Assembly: GCA_965223505.1 (NCBI GenBank)
Contig: CBDCWP010000010.1
Span: 128,001 to 192,000, forward strand
Direction of reading: 5' to 3'
DNA from: Planctomycetota bacterium
GTDB lineage: Bacteria; Planctomycetota; PLA2; JAEUHO01
DNA: 64,000 nucleotides
Position numbers and translations under genes: made by a program. Under the pieces are notes generated by a model. It worked only from the letters and a program-made list of their open reading frames with translations. It did not search any database and was not told where the DNA came from. This document shows, piece by piece, positions 33,879 through 43,659 of the stretch. How positions within the stretch are numbered: the first letter of the stretch is position 1; each line of letters opens with the position of its first letter.

Positions 33879-35516
33879 TTGCCTCATTCGCTCATGACGC
33901 CGGCCGCCAACTTCGACCTCACCGATCCCACGGTGATGCTCGTCGCCTTCGCGGTCTTGTTCCTGTTCAGCTTCCTGATCCTGCTGATCAAGCGCTACAA
34001 GCGCTGTCCGTCCAACAAGATCCTCGTCGTCTACGGCAAGGTCGGCGGCGGCGGCGCCTCGAAGTGCATTCACGGCGGCGGCGCGTTCATCTGGCCGCTG
34101 ATCCAGAACTACGAGTTCCTCGACCTCGAGCCGCGGCAGATCGAGATCCCGTTGCGCGGCGCGCTGTCGATCGAGAACATCCGCGTGAACGTTCCGTCGA
34201 TCTTCACCGTTGCGGTCGGGACCGAGACGGGCGTGATGAACAACGCCGCGATCCGCCTGCTGGGGTTGGGGCACAAGGAGATCGAGGCCCAGGCGCGCGA
34301 CATCATCTTCGGCCAGCTGCGCCAGGTGATCGCCTCCATGCAGATCGAGGAGATCAACCGGGACCGCGACTCCTTCCTCGAACGTGTGCAGTCGTCTCTC
34401 GAGCCGGAGCTCAAGAAGATCGGCCTCGTGCTGATCAACGTGAACATCACCGACATCACGGACGAGTCCGGCTACATCGAAGCCATCGGCCGTAAAGCGG
34501 CCGCGACCGCGATCCAGCAGGCCGAGATCGACGTCGCCGATCAGGAGAAGAAGGGCTCGGTCGGCGTCGCGGAGGCCAACCGCGAGAAGGACGTGCGGGT
34601 CGCGGAGGCGATCAAGGACCGCGACATCGGCACCAAGGCGGCGGATCGGGAGCGTCTCGTTCAGGTCGCGGACCTCGACAAGGAGACCAAGATCGGCGAG
34701 CAGCGCGCGGCGTATCAGCGCGACGCGGAGATCGCGGACGCGGAGCGCGAAAAGCGCGTGCGGGTCGCGGACGCGGACGCGCAGGCCGTCACCGGCGAGA
34801 ACACGGCCAAGGCGCAGATCGCCAAGGCGGATGCCGATCTGCAGGTCGAGCGCGCCGAAGCGTTCCAGCGCGGCGAGACGCGCAAGCGCGTCGCCGAAGC
34901 CGAGGTCTTCAAGGCGCAATACGAAGCGCAGGCGGAAGCCGCGAAGGCCGAGGCCGCGAAGGTCGAGCAGGAGAAGATGGCCGACCTCGTGGCGCCCGCG
35001 AAGGCGACCAAGGCCAAGGTCATGGTCGACGCCGAGGCGGAAGCCGAGAAACGGCGCATCGAGGCCGAGGGTGAAGCCAAGGCGATCTACGCCAAGCTCG
35101 AAGCCGAGGCGCGGGGTCAGTACGAGATCCTGGCCAAGAAGGGCCAGGGCTTCGGAGAGATCGTCCAGGCCTGCGGCAGTGCGCAGGCGGCCTTCCAGAT
35201 GCTCATGCTCGAGCACATGGATCACCTGTCCGAGAACGCGGCCAAGGCCATCTCGAACATCAAGTTCGACAAGGTCGTGGTCTGGGACTCCGGATCGGTG
35301 GACGGCGGCGGCAGCGCCACGTCGAACTTCCTCTCGAACATGGCCGGCTCGTTGCCTCCGATGCTCCACATGATGAAGGACATCGGCGGTGTCGAGATGC
35401 CGGAGTTCTTCGGCAAGCTCGTCGACGCCGAGAAGGCGAAGGACGTCAAGCCCGCCAGGCCCACCAAGCGTGGAAAGGGCGCGGACGAGGACAGCAGCGG
35501 CGGCGGCAAGGCGTAG
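33879..35516 (+). CDS. Flotillin-family SPFH protein
   Basis: RYKRCPSNKILVVYG, GQLRQVIASM.IEEINRDRD.F, NVNITDITD, long AEA coiled coil. Confidence 0.93.
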   Translation: MPHSLMTPAANFDLTDPTVMLVAFAVLFLFSFLILLIKRYKRCPSNKILVVYGKVGGGGASKCIHGGGAFIWPLIQNYEFLDLEPRQIEIPLRGALSIENIRVNVPSIFTVAVGTETGVMNNAAIRLLGLGHKEIEAQARDIIFGQLRQVIASMQIEEINRDRDSFLERVQSSLEPELKKIGLVLINVNITDITDESGYIEAIGRKAAATAIQQAEIDVADQEKKGSVGVAEANREKDVRVAEAIKDRDIGTKAADRERLVQVADLDKETKIGEQRAAYQRDAEIADAEREKRVRVADADAQAVTGENTAKAQIAKADADLQVERAEAFQRGETRKRVAEAEVFKAQYEAQAEAAKAEAAKVEQEKMADLVAPAKATKAKVMVDAEAEAEKRRIEAEGEAKAIYAKLEAEARGQYEILAKKGQGFGEIVQACGSAQAAFQMLMLEHMDHLSENAAKAISNIKFDKVVVWDSGSVDGGGSATSNFLSNMAGSLPPMLHMMKDIGGVEMPEFFGKLVDAEKAKDVKPARPTKRGKGADEDSSGGGKA

Positions 35517-35525
35517 CCTCGACAG

Positions 35526-36464
35526 GTGCCGCTCACCGCATGGATGCCGAGCCCGCCGGAGAGCGGGTTCCTCGAGACGCTTCGCGCGGCGCTTCACGAC
35601 GACGTGGACCTCGTGGTCGGCGACGAGGCGCCGCGCGACGCACACGTCCTCGTGAGCGGCGTGCCGACGGCGGCACAGCTCGCGGCGCTTCCGTCTCTCC
35701 AGACGCTGGTCGTTCCCTACGCGGGGCTGCCCGCGCGCACGCGTGCGCTGCTGCTCGAACAGGGTGACGACATCCGTGTCCACAACCTCCATCACAACGC
35801 CTCCGCGACGGCGGAGCTCGCCCTTGCGCTGTTGCTCGCCGCCGCAAAGCGCATCGTGCCGATGGACCAACAACTCCGCACCGACGACTGGACGCCGCGT
35901 TACGACCCGTCGCAGGTACGGTTGCTCGCCGGCAAGACCGCGGTCGTGCTGGGCGTCGGCGCGGTCGGGCGGCGCGTCGTTCGCGCGCTGAAGGCGCTGG
36001 GCATGGACGTCATCGGGGTTCGGCGCGACGACGCGCAGGAAATCGACGCCTTGCTGCCGCGCGCCGACGTCGTGATGTGCTGTCTGCCGGGCACGCCTCG
36101 AACCGACGGGCTGATCGACGAGCGCGCGCTCGCGCGTTTTCCGGCGGGGGCCTTGCTGGTGAACGTCGGTCGCGCCGCCGCCATCGACGAGGACGCGCTG
36201 TTCGCGGCGCTTCAGAGCGGGAGGCTGGGCGCAGCAGGTCTGGACGTCTGGTACGCGTACCCGCAGTCGGAGGACGAGCGCGCGCAGACGCCGCCGTCGG
36301 CGCATCGTTTCGGCGACCTCGACAACGTCGTCTTGAGCCCGCATCGCGGCGGGCAGACCGAAGAGACGGAGCGACTTCGGGCCGAGGGTCTCGCGAAGCT
36401 GTTGAACCAGGCCGCGGCCGGCGAGCCGATCGACAACGCGGTCGACGTCGAGCGCGGCTACTGA
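35526..36464 (+). CDS. D-isomer-specific 2-hydroxyacid dehydrogenase family
   Basis: GVGAVG, LVNVGRAAAIDEDAL, AGLDVW, NVVLSPHRGG, terminal RGY. Confidence 0.9.
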   Translation: MPLTAWMPSPPESGFLETLRAALHDDVDLVVGDEAPRDAHVLVSGVPTAAQLAALPSLQTLVVPYAGLPARTRALLLEQGDDIRVHNLHHNASATAELALALLLAAAKRIVPMDQQLRTDDWTPRYDPSQVRLLAGKTAVVLGVGAVGRRVVRALKALGMDVIGVRRDDAQEIDALLPRADVVMCCLPGTPRTDGLIDERALARFPAGALLVNVGRAAAIDEDALFAALQSGRLGAAGLDVWYAYPQSEDERAQTPPSAHRFGDLDNVVLSPHRGGQTEETERLRAEGLAKLLNQAAAGEPIDNAVDVERGY

Positions 36465-36479
36465 GCGGCGGTCCGTGCG

Positions 36480-36857
36480 CTAGTTCCGCGCGGCGTTCAG
36501 CGCCGCTTCCTCGTCGTCGTAGTGGGGCACGAGCCTACCGACGCCCGTGATGTCCAGCACCTTCATCGGTTGTTTCTGCACCCCGGAGAGAAGGAACTGC
36601 TTGCCGGCGTTCTTGGTCGAGGTGTAGCAGGCGGCGATGATGCCGACGCCGGCGCTGGTGATGAAGTCCACGTCGGCCATGTTGAAGAGCACGATCGAGC
36701 GGCCGGCGAAGTGCGCTTCCTTCGCTTCTTCACGAATCTGATCGAGGAACTCGTAGCATCCCTCGGTCTCGCCGAGGACGCCGTGCAGGCGATAGACCAG
36801 CGCGTCTTCGGCGCTCTCATCGCGTTCCACTTGCAGACGATGGGACTCGGTGTTCAC
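36480..36857 (-). CDS. STAS-domain anti-sigma factor antagonist
   Basis: VDFITSAGVGII, KVLDITG; GGAGG before GTG 36857. Confidence 0.85.
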   Translation of the reverse strand: MNTESHRLQVERDESAEDALVYRLHGVLGETEGCYEFLDQIREEAKEAHFAGRSIVLFNMADVDFITSAGVGIIAACYTSTKNAGKQFLLSGVQKQPMKVLDITGVGRLVPHYDDEEAALNAARN

Positions 36858-36920
36858 GGTTCGACCTCCGTGCGCTTCGGCGCGGGCGGACGATACCACG
36901 CCTCGGCGGCCGGGGGCCCG

Positions 36921-39689
36921 CTAGGGTCGAAGCGCTCGCTTCAGGCGCGCGGGCAGACTACCGGACGCAGGGTCGTCCTTGGTCCAGCCTCGCTGGATCC
37001 ACTCGCGCACCCGCGCGGCGTCACCGTGGAGCTCGATGCCGTCCAGCCGCTCCTGGTCGAAGATCGCGTGGAGCAACTCGAGCATCGTGGCACGGCAGAT
37101 TTCGACGTCTGCGCGCGCCGTCCGATCGAGCTCGAACGGATCGCGTACGCGAAACGCCGGCGGCACCATCCAGTGCGTGCCGAAATCGGCGGCGTCCCGC
37201 AGCGCGGGCGGCATCGGGAGGTAGTGGATCTCGATCGGGCGCTCGATCGGCGGCAGCGCTCTCGCCTCGCGAGCCGCATTGATCTTCGCGTTCGCATCGT
37301 CGAGGAGCATGGCGATCAGCTGATTGGCGAAGCGCTCCTTCGACGTGCTCAGCGCGCCGAGGCCGCGGTCCCGCGCGTACTTGACGCCGCCAAGGGCCGA
37401 GGCCTCAGCGACGAGGATGCGGATCGGACGCCACGTCGACGCGTCGTTCTCGTTCATCGTGATCCGGAGGGCGACGAGCAGAGAAAGCACACCCCGATTG
37501 TCGATGGTGCCGCCATCCGTCAGCCAGAACAGCTCCTCGACGTCGCCTTTCTTCAAGACGGCGCCGACATTCGAGAACACGGGTGGGAAGTTCGCGTTCG
37601 TCGCGGCGGCGCGACAGATCCCGAGCGCGGGGCCGGAGAGGAACACGTACGGGAGCTTCATTTCCCACGCGTCCGGGTCGGGCTGGATCGCAGCATGGGC
37701 AGAGGTCTCCGACAACCCGGCGATGTTCGTGAACACGCACCGTCCCCCGCTCTCGAAGGTCGTCGTGACCGATGCGTTCGTGCCGTCCACATCGAAGGCT
37801 GCAGCTTCGGGACGGCGCACCGCTCCCGTTCTCCTGGATCCCGAGATGCCGGTGTTGAACATCAGGCCCAGATCGGTGATGGAGTGCAGTGCGGTGTCGT
37901 TGCGGCCGCCGTTCCCGCCGCCGGCGGTGAAGGTCCGCACGAAACTCTCCGTGAGCACGTCGCCGAAGTGGGCTCCTTGCTGCAGGCGCAGCTCGGGCGC
38001 GCTCCGCACGACCTCCGCGATGAACTCGTGCGTGAGCTGCGTCTGGAACGTCTGCCACTGCTTCTCGGCGGTGAGCGCATCCTTGTGCAGCGCGTAGTAG
38101 GCCAGCGCCGCCCCGCCGCCGGAGACCGAACTGCCCGCCACGATGCGGCGCATCGCCTCCGGGTCGTGCACCCAGATGCCGTGCATCAGCGCCTCGGCGA
38201 ACAGCGCGGCGCGGGATCCCCCGCCTGAGACGGCCAGCAACAGCGCGGGCTCGTTCGTTTCCGAGAGTTTCGCATGCAGGTCGAAGGGTCGCGTGCCGTC
38301 TGCGTTGTCGCCGGCGTCGTTGGTCACCGCGATGCTCGTATTCTTGGTGTCGTTGAACCGGCTGTAGACGTTGACCGCCATCACGCCCAGCAGGACGGCC
38401 AAGAGGATCCCGTTGTAGATCGTCTGACGGCGTCGCATGGCGCGCAGATGGCGCGCGCCAGGGCCGTCTTTGTAGTCCTCCACGAAAACGACCTGTTTCG
38501 GGGTAAACGTGGGCTCTGCCGCCGGCTCCTCCGACGGCGAGGCGTCGTACGCCTCTCGTAGCGATTCGGGGGTCGGTAGCTGCTCGGCTTCTTTCGGCGC
38601 GTTCTCCGCAAGGATGGAGAAGAGGTCGATCGGCTCGAAGCTCTCGTAGCGCCGGGTCTTCCCGCCGGATTTCTCGATCGCCATGAGCCGCCCCGCTCCG
38701 TGCATCTGGATCGTGCAGCCGTCACGCTTCCCGTAGGCGATCTCCTTGGTCTCGTTGTTTGGGTTCAGGACGCGCATGAACCAGGCACCTGCGGTGATGC
38801 GCGTCCAGTAGTCATACAGCCAGAACAGCACATAGAAGCCCAAGACGTACGCGCCCAGCACCCGCGGGGCGCCCGCCATCACGACTTCGACGTACTGCAC
38901 GCCGAAGATGCGGCAGATCGCGATGAGGATCACCGCCACGGTCACGATCGCGGGCGCGCCGCTGGTGAGCAGACGTCCCACCCCGCCCCGTAGGATGGCG
39001 AGACGGTATTTGTAGTGCGAGATCGTCAGTAGCACGATGCCGACGACGAGCCACCAGCCAATGACGGGGCCTCTCGGTCCACAGACCAGGACGCCCACCG
39101 AGACGAACCACAGCAGGAGGATCGGCGTCTGGATCGGCGCCATGAAGACGGCGCGGATCAACGCGCGCCAGTCCCACTCGGTCTTGGTCGGCTGCCGAAA
39201 GAGCTCGGTCTCGTCCACGCATTCGTGGAAGTACTCGTGCATCTCATCGTGTGCGACGCGAAACAACAGCCACGCAAGAAGCTGGGACACCAGCATGCCG
39301 ATGCCGAGCACGAAGACGGCGAAGTAGCCCATTGTGTGCTCGAACGGCTTGTCGCTGTGTTCGAGCTGGTTGCCGTCCGCCAATCGAAACGTGAGCCATG
39401 TCATGCCCGCGATCACGGCAAAGTGCATGTAGCGCGCGAGCGTGAACGGGACCTTGTGCGCGAGGGCGGCCGAAAGCACGAGGAGCGCGAACGCCAGTGC
39501 GCACCACAGCGGCAGTCCCGCGCGTGCCGTGAACGGCAGCCACGTTCCGTACGAGGCGAGGAAGACGACCAGTGCGGGGAGGAGCAGTGAGTAGACCGTG
39601 TGACCGCGTAGCCACGGGAAGTCGGTCCGATTCATGAAGAGGTCGAAGCCGCGCAGTCTGTTGTTGATGACGCTTGCAATCCAGCCCAC
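36921..39689 (-). CDS. Multi-TM membrane protein fused to a patatin-like phospholipase domain
   Basis: About 10 N-terminal TM helices; SGGGSRAA, SSVSGG nucleophile elbow, LTDGGTIDNRG. Confidence 0.78.
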   Translation of the reverse strand: MGWIASVINNRLRGFDLFMNRTDFPWLRGHTVYSLLLPALVVFLASYGTWLPFTARAGLPLWCALAFALLVLSAALAHKVPFTLARYMHFAVIAGMTWLTFRLADGNQLEHSDKPFEHTMGYFAVFVLGIGMLVSQLLAWLLFRVAHDEMHEYFHECVDETELFRQPTKTEWDWRALIRAVFMAPIQTPILLLWFVSVGVLVCGPRGPVIGWWLVVGIVLLTISHYKYRLAILRGGVGRLLTSGAPAIVTVAVILIAICRIFGVQYVEVVMAGAPRVLGAYVLGFYVLFWLYDYWTRITAGAWFMRVLNPNNETKEIAYGKRDGCTIQMHGAGRLMAIEKSGGKTRRYESFEPIDLFSILAENAPKEAEQLPTPESLREAYDASPSEEPAAEPTFTPKQVVFVEDYKDGPGARHLRAMRRRQTIYNGILLAVLLGVMAVNVYSRFNDTKNTSIAVTNDAGDNADGTRPFDLHAKLSETNEPALLLAVSGGGSRAALFAEALMHGIWVHDPEAMRRIVAGSSVSGGGAALAYYALHKDALTAEKQWQTFQTQLTHEFIAEVVRSAPELRLQQGAHFGDVLTESFVRTFTAGGGNGGRNDTALHSITDLGLMFNTGISGSRRTGAVRRPEAAAFDVDGTNASVTTTFESGGRCVFTNIAGLSETSAHAAIQPDPDAWEMKLPYVFLSGPALGICRAAATNANFPPVFSNVGAVLKKGDVEELFWLTDGGTIDNRGVLSLLVALRITMNENDASTWRPIRILVAEASALGGVKYARDRGLGALSTSKERFANQLIAMLLDDANAKINAAREARALPPIERPIEIHYLPMPPALRDAADFGTHWMVPPAFRVRDPFELDRTARADVEICRATMLELLHAIFDQERLDGIELHGDAARVREWIQRGWTKDDPASGSLPARLKRALRP

Positions 39690-39748
39690 GCGGCTCCCCC
39701 CAATCGATCAATCGTCGGAGCGTACCCGGTGGAGCGAGACGGGCGCAA

Positions 39749-40726
39749 CTACCAGGCGTACGCCTCGGGGGCCGCACCGCCGGGGCCCGGGAAGATCTCG
39801 TCGAGCCGGTTCAGCTGCGCGGCGTCGAGCTCGATCTCGAGCGCGCGCAGGGACCCGTCGAGCTGCGCCACCGTCCGCGGTCCGAGGATCGGCGCGGTGA
39901 CCGCCGGGTTGGACAGCACCCACGCGAGCGCAATGTCCGCGGGCTGCTCCCCGGCGTCGTCGCAGAAGGCCTCCCACTGCTCGATCTTGGGCCGCTCCTT
40001 CTCGAGGCGTTCTTGCAGGAGCTCGCGCGCGCGGCGCGTGCCCTCGGCCGCCTCCTTCTTCAAGACGCCGGCGAGGAGGCCGCCGCCGAGCGGGCTCCAG
40101 GGCAACAGACCGAGACCGTACTGCTCGCACGCGGGAATCACCTCGAGCTCGATCGTGCGCGCGTTGAGGTGATAGAGACTCTGCTCCGAGACGAGCCCCA
40201 GGAAGCTGCGCGCCCTGGCGGACTCGTTGGCTTGGACGAGGTGCCAGCCGGCGAAGTTCGAGGAGCCGACGTACAGCACCTTGCCCTGCTGCACGAGGAC
40301 CTCCATGGCCTGCCAGATCTCGTCCCACGGGGCTGCGCGCCAGACGTGATGCATCTGATAGAGGTCGATGTAGTCGGTCTGTAGCCGCGTCAGGCTGGCG
40401 TCGCAGGCGCGGCGGATGTTGAGCGCGGAGAGCTTGCCCTCGTTGGGCCAGTCGCCCATGTCGCCGTAGAGCTTCGTTGCGAGCACGGTCTTCTCGCGCC
40501 GGTCGCCGCCCTGGGCGAACCAGTTGCCGATGATCGTCTCGGTGGCGCCCTTGCCGGCCGTTCCGCCGTAGACGTTGGCCGTGTCGAAGAAGTTGATGCC
40601 GAGCTCGTGCGCTCTATCCATCATCGCGAAGCTCTCGTCCTGCGTCGCGATGGGGCCGAAGTTCATGGTGCCCAGACAGAGGCGACTGACCGAGAGGGCG
40701 GTGCGGCCGAGCGTCGTGTACTCCAT
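39749..40726 (-). CDS. Aldo/keto reductase
   Basis: LCLGTMNFG, FFDTANVY, LATK, DYIDLYQMH, GKVLYVGSSN, PWSPLGGG. Confidence 0.95.
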   Translation of the reverse strand: MEYTTLGRTALSVSRLCLGTMNFGPIATQDESFAMMDRAHELGINFFDTANVYGGTAGKGATETIIGNWFAQGGDRREKTVLATKLYGDMGDWPNEGKLSALNIRRACDASLTRLQTDYIDLYQMHHVWRAAPWDEIWQAMEVLVQQGKVLYVGSSNFAGWHLVQANESARARSFLGLVSEQSLYHLNARTIELEVIPACEQYGLGLLPWSPLGGGLLAGVLKKEAAEGTRRARELLQERLEKERPKIEQWEAFCDDAGEQPADIALAWVLSNPAVTAPILGPRTVAQLDGSLRALEIELDAAQLNRLDEIFPGPGGAAPEAYAW

Positions 40727-40765
40727 GGCGTTCTCCGTCGACGGGCGCGGTAGGGTACCCGAAGC

Positions 40766-41467
40766 ATGGTCATCGCGATCGACTTCGACGTGTACGAGTT
40801 CGCCTGCGACGGCGCGCGGTGGGGCGTTCCCCACGCGTGGAACGTGCTGTCGAACGTGCCGTTCCTGTTCGTCGGCTTGTGGGGCCTGGTCACGATGGCG
40901 CGCGGCGGCGCCTTGTCGGACGGCCGGTTCCGCAACTGGACCGGTCTCTGGATCTCGACGGCCCTGCTTTGTTTCGGGTCCGGCGTCTATCACTGGGTGC
41001 CGGAGCCCTGGTCGCTGGCGCTCGATCGAGCGTGCATCGGGGGCATCATCGCGTTCATCGGCGCGCACGCCGTCACGACGTGTCTGCAGGTGCCGTCGAC
41101 GCGCGAGCTGTCTCTCGCCCTGCTGATCGTCTGCGAGCTGTCCGTGGGGGCGTGGTACCTGGGAATCGACGGCGGCTGGATGTACGCGACGCTGCAGGCC
41201 GGGGGGGGCGTGGGGGTGTTGCTGTTGTACGCGGTCGCGTGGCGCAAGGGCCGGCTGCGAACGTCACCGGCGCCGGTCTTCCTGTTCTCGGCCTGCTACG
41301 CCTTGGCGAAGATCGTGGAGGTGGGCGACCAGGTCGTCTGCGACTGGACGGGCGTGATCGGCGGCCACCCCTTCAAGCACCTGCTCGCCGCTCTGGGGCT
41401 GATCTTCCTGGGCGGCATGATGAAAGCGGAGATGGAACAGCATGGGCAATCCGTGGACGCAGGCTGA
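40766..41467 (+). CDS. Alkaline (phyto)ceramidase-like CREST-superfamily membrane protein
   Basis: PHAWNVLSNVPF, GSGVYHW (SxxxH), LDR, GHPFKH (HxxxH). Confidence 0.75.
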   Translation: MVIAIDFDVYEFACDGARWGVPHAWNVLSNVPFLFVGLWGLVTMARGGALSDGRFRNWTGLWISTALLCFGSGVYHWVPEPWSLALDRACIGGIIAFIGAHAVTTCLQVPSTRELSLALLIVCELSVGAWYLGIDGGWMYATLQAGGGVGVLLLYAVAWRKGRLRTSPAPVFLFSACYALAKIVEVGDQVVCDWTGVIGGHPFKHLLAALGLIFLGGMMKAEMEQHGQSVDAG

Positions 41468-42137
41468 GCACGCGCGGCATTGGTTGTCGGGGCCGCGGCC
41501 CGGCAACCCGTACTCGGACGAGCAATGGGGCGTCGTGTTGGCGCTCTGCGAGGCGCAGCGTCCGCGGCGGATCCTCGATCTGGGTTGCGGTCCCGGCGAC
41601 TTCGACCGGCGCCTGCTCGATCGCGCGCCGGAAGCGTCGCTCGTCTGCCTGGACGCGTCGGAGACGATGCTCGAGCGCGCGCGTCACCGGCTTCGCGACG
41701 ACGAATCGCGCGTTGCGTTCGTACGGGCCGAGGTCGAAGACGACTGGACGGGACAGACGGGCGCCGATTTCGACGCGATCCTCGCGCTCAATGTGGTTCA
41801 CCATCTCGACGGCCCGGCCAAACGCAGTGTGTTCGCGCGCTGTCGTGACGGGTTGCGGCCCGGGGGACTGCTCGTGCTGAGCGATCGGGTGACCGTGGAC
41901 GAGCGCTGGTTCGGACACTACAAGGCGCTGTGGAACCGCGCGCGGCGAACGCACGACTACGAGCCGCTCCCGGCCGACTACGGCCACGACGACCACCTCG
42001 AGCAGAACGAGCGGGCCGGCGACGTGCCGGACCGATTGCGGGATCAGCTCGAGTGGATGTCGAACGCGGGGTTCGACCCGGTCACGTGTTTCTGGCGGCA
42101 CGCGAATCGCGCCGTGTTCGGTGGGTTGCGCGGGTAG
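41442..42137 (+). CDS. Class I SAM-dependent methyltransferase
   Basis: ILDLGCGPG, LDAS..ML, FDAI...VVHHL, LRPGG. Confidence 0.9.
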   Translation: MGNPWTQAEHARHWLSGPRPGNPYSDEQWGVVLALCEAQRPRRILDLGCGPGDFDRRLLDRAPEASLVCLDASETMLERARHRLRDDESRVAFVRAEVEDDWTGQTGADFDAILALNVVHHLDGPAKRSVFARCRDGLRPGGLLVLSDRVTVDERWFGHYKALWNRARRTHDYEPLPADYGHDDHLEQNERAGDVPDRLRDQLEWMSNAGFDPVTCFWRHANRAVFGGLRG

Positions 42138-42209
42138 GTAGGGGCAGCCCTTGTGGCTGCCCAACAGCCGTACGCGTCCGAATTGGGCGACCACGAGGGT
42201 CGTCCCCCC

Positions 42210-43637
42210 TCAGCGCGCGAGATGCTCGGCCAGCACCTGCGCGACACAACACGTCACGGCCTTGCCCGTCGGGATGTGCAGGAACTCGTTGGGACCGTGT
42301 GCGTTCGAGCCCGGTCCCAAGACGCCCGTGATCAAGAACTGCGCCTTCGGGAACTTCTCGCCCAGCATGCCCATGAACGGAATCGTCCCGCCTTCACCCA
42401 TCAGCACCGCCGGCTTGCCGAAGTACGCCTCCGACGCCTTCGTGACCGCCGATTCGAGCCACGGCTCCAGCGGCGGCGAGTTCCAACCGCTGCCCGGCAT
42501 GTGGACGTCGAACGAAACGGTCGCGCCGTAGGGCGGGTCGGCCTCGAGTCGTTCCTTGATCCGCTGCGCGGCCTGCTCGGCGTCCATGGTCGGCGGGACG
42601 CGGACGGAGAGCTTCAGCGCGGTGTGGGGGCGCAGCACGTTGCCCCCGTCTTCGATGGCCGGCAAACCGCCGGCTCCGGTCACCTCGAGGGAAGGCCGCC
42701 AGGTCCGGTTCAGGACGAGATCACGTAGGGTCGTCTCGCCCGGTCCCGCTCGTTCCGCGAACGGGAACGTGTCGCGGAGTTCCCGTCCCAACACCTCCCC
42801 CGCCAGCTTGGCCTGGGTCATACGGTCCGGCGGGACGTCCACGTGGAAGTCCGCCATGACGCCGGTGCTCTCGTCCTCGATCCGGGAGAGCAGTCGGCGG
42901 GCGATGCGGAAGCTCGACGGCACCACGCCGCCCGCGTTTCCGGAGTGGACGCCCTCGCGCAGGATGTCCACCCGTAACGTGCCGACGACGATGCCGCGCA
43001 GCGACGTGGTGAGCCAGAGCTGTTCGTAGTTGCCGCAGCCCGAGTCGAGACAGATGACGAGGCTGGGATCGCCGATGCGCTCCTCCAGCGCCTCGATGTA
43101 CGCCGGCAGGTCGTAGCTACCGCTCTCTTCGCAGGCTTCGATCAGCACGACGCAGCGCGCGTGTCGGCCGCCGGCCTTGCGCAGCGCCTCGATGGCGGCG
43201 AGCGACGCGAACGCCGCGTAGCCGTCATCCGCACCGCCGCGGCCGTACAGCTTGTCGCCCTCCAGGACGGGCGTCCACGGCCCGAGGCCATCGCGCCAGC
43301 CGGTCATCTCCGGCTGCTTGTCGAGATGCCCGTACAGGAGCACGGTGTCGTCGGTCTCGCCCGGGATCTCCATGTAGATGAGCGGCGTACGTCCCTCGAG
43401 ACGCACGACCTCGAGCTGCAGTCCTTCGATCGGCCGCTCGCGGCACCAGGCGGCAATGAGCTCGACGGCCTCGTCCATGTGGCCGTGCTCGGCCCAGTCG
43501 GCGTCGAACAGCGGGGACTTGCACGGAATGCGGATGTACGTCGTCAGCTGCGGGACGATCTCCGCGTCCCAGGTCTTCGCGACGAACGAGGTCAAGACGT
43601 CCTGATCGAGGGACGGCGTGGCTTCGGCGGTGCTCAT
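42210..43637 (-). CDS. M20-family metallopeptidase
   Basis: YGHLDKQP, LYGRGGADDG, EESGS, GGTIPF, NAHGPNE. Confidence 0.93.
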   Translation of the reverse strand: MSTAEATPSLDQDVLTSFVAKTWDAEIVPQLTTYIRIPCKSPLFDADWAEHGHMDEAVELIAAWCRERPIEGLQLEVVRLEGRTPLIYMEIPGETDDTVLLYGHLDKQPEMTGWRDGLGPWTPVLEGDKLYGRGGADDGYAAFASLAAIEALRKAGGRHARCVVLIEACEESGSYDLPAYIEALEERIGDPSLVICLDSGCGNYEQLWLTTSLRGIVVGTLRVDILREGVHSGNAGGVVPSSFRIARRLLSRIEDESTGVMADFHVDVPPDRMTQAKLAGEVLGRELRDTFPFAERAGPGETTLRDLVLNRTWRPSLEVTGAGGLPAIEDGGNVLRPHTALKLSVRVPPTMDAEQAAQRIKERLEADPPYGATVSFDVHMPGSGWNSPPLEPWLESAVTKASEAYFGKPAVLMGEGGTIPFMGMLGEKFPKAQFLITGVLGPGSNAHGPNEFLHIPTGKAVTCCVAQVLAEHLAR

Positions 43638-43659
43638 GCCGCGAATGATAGAGGCGCGC

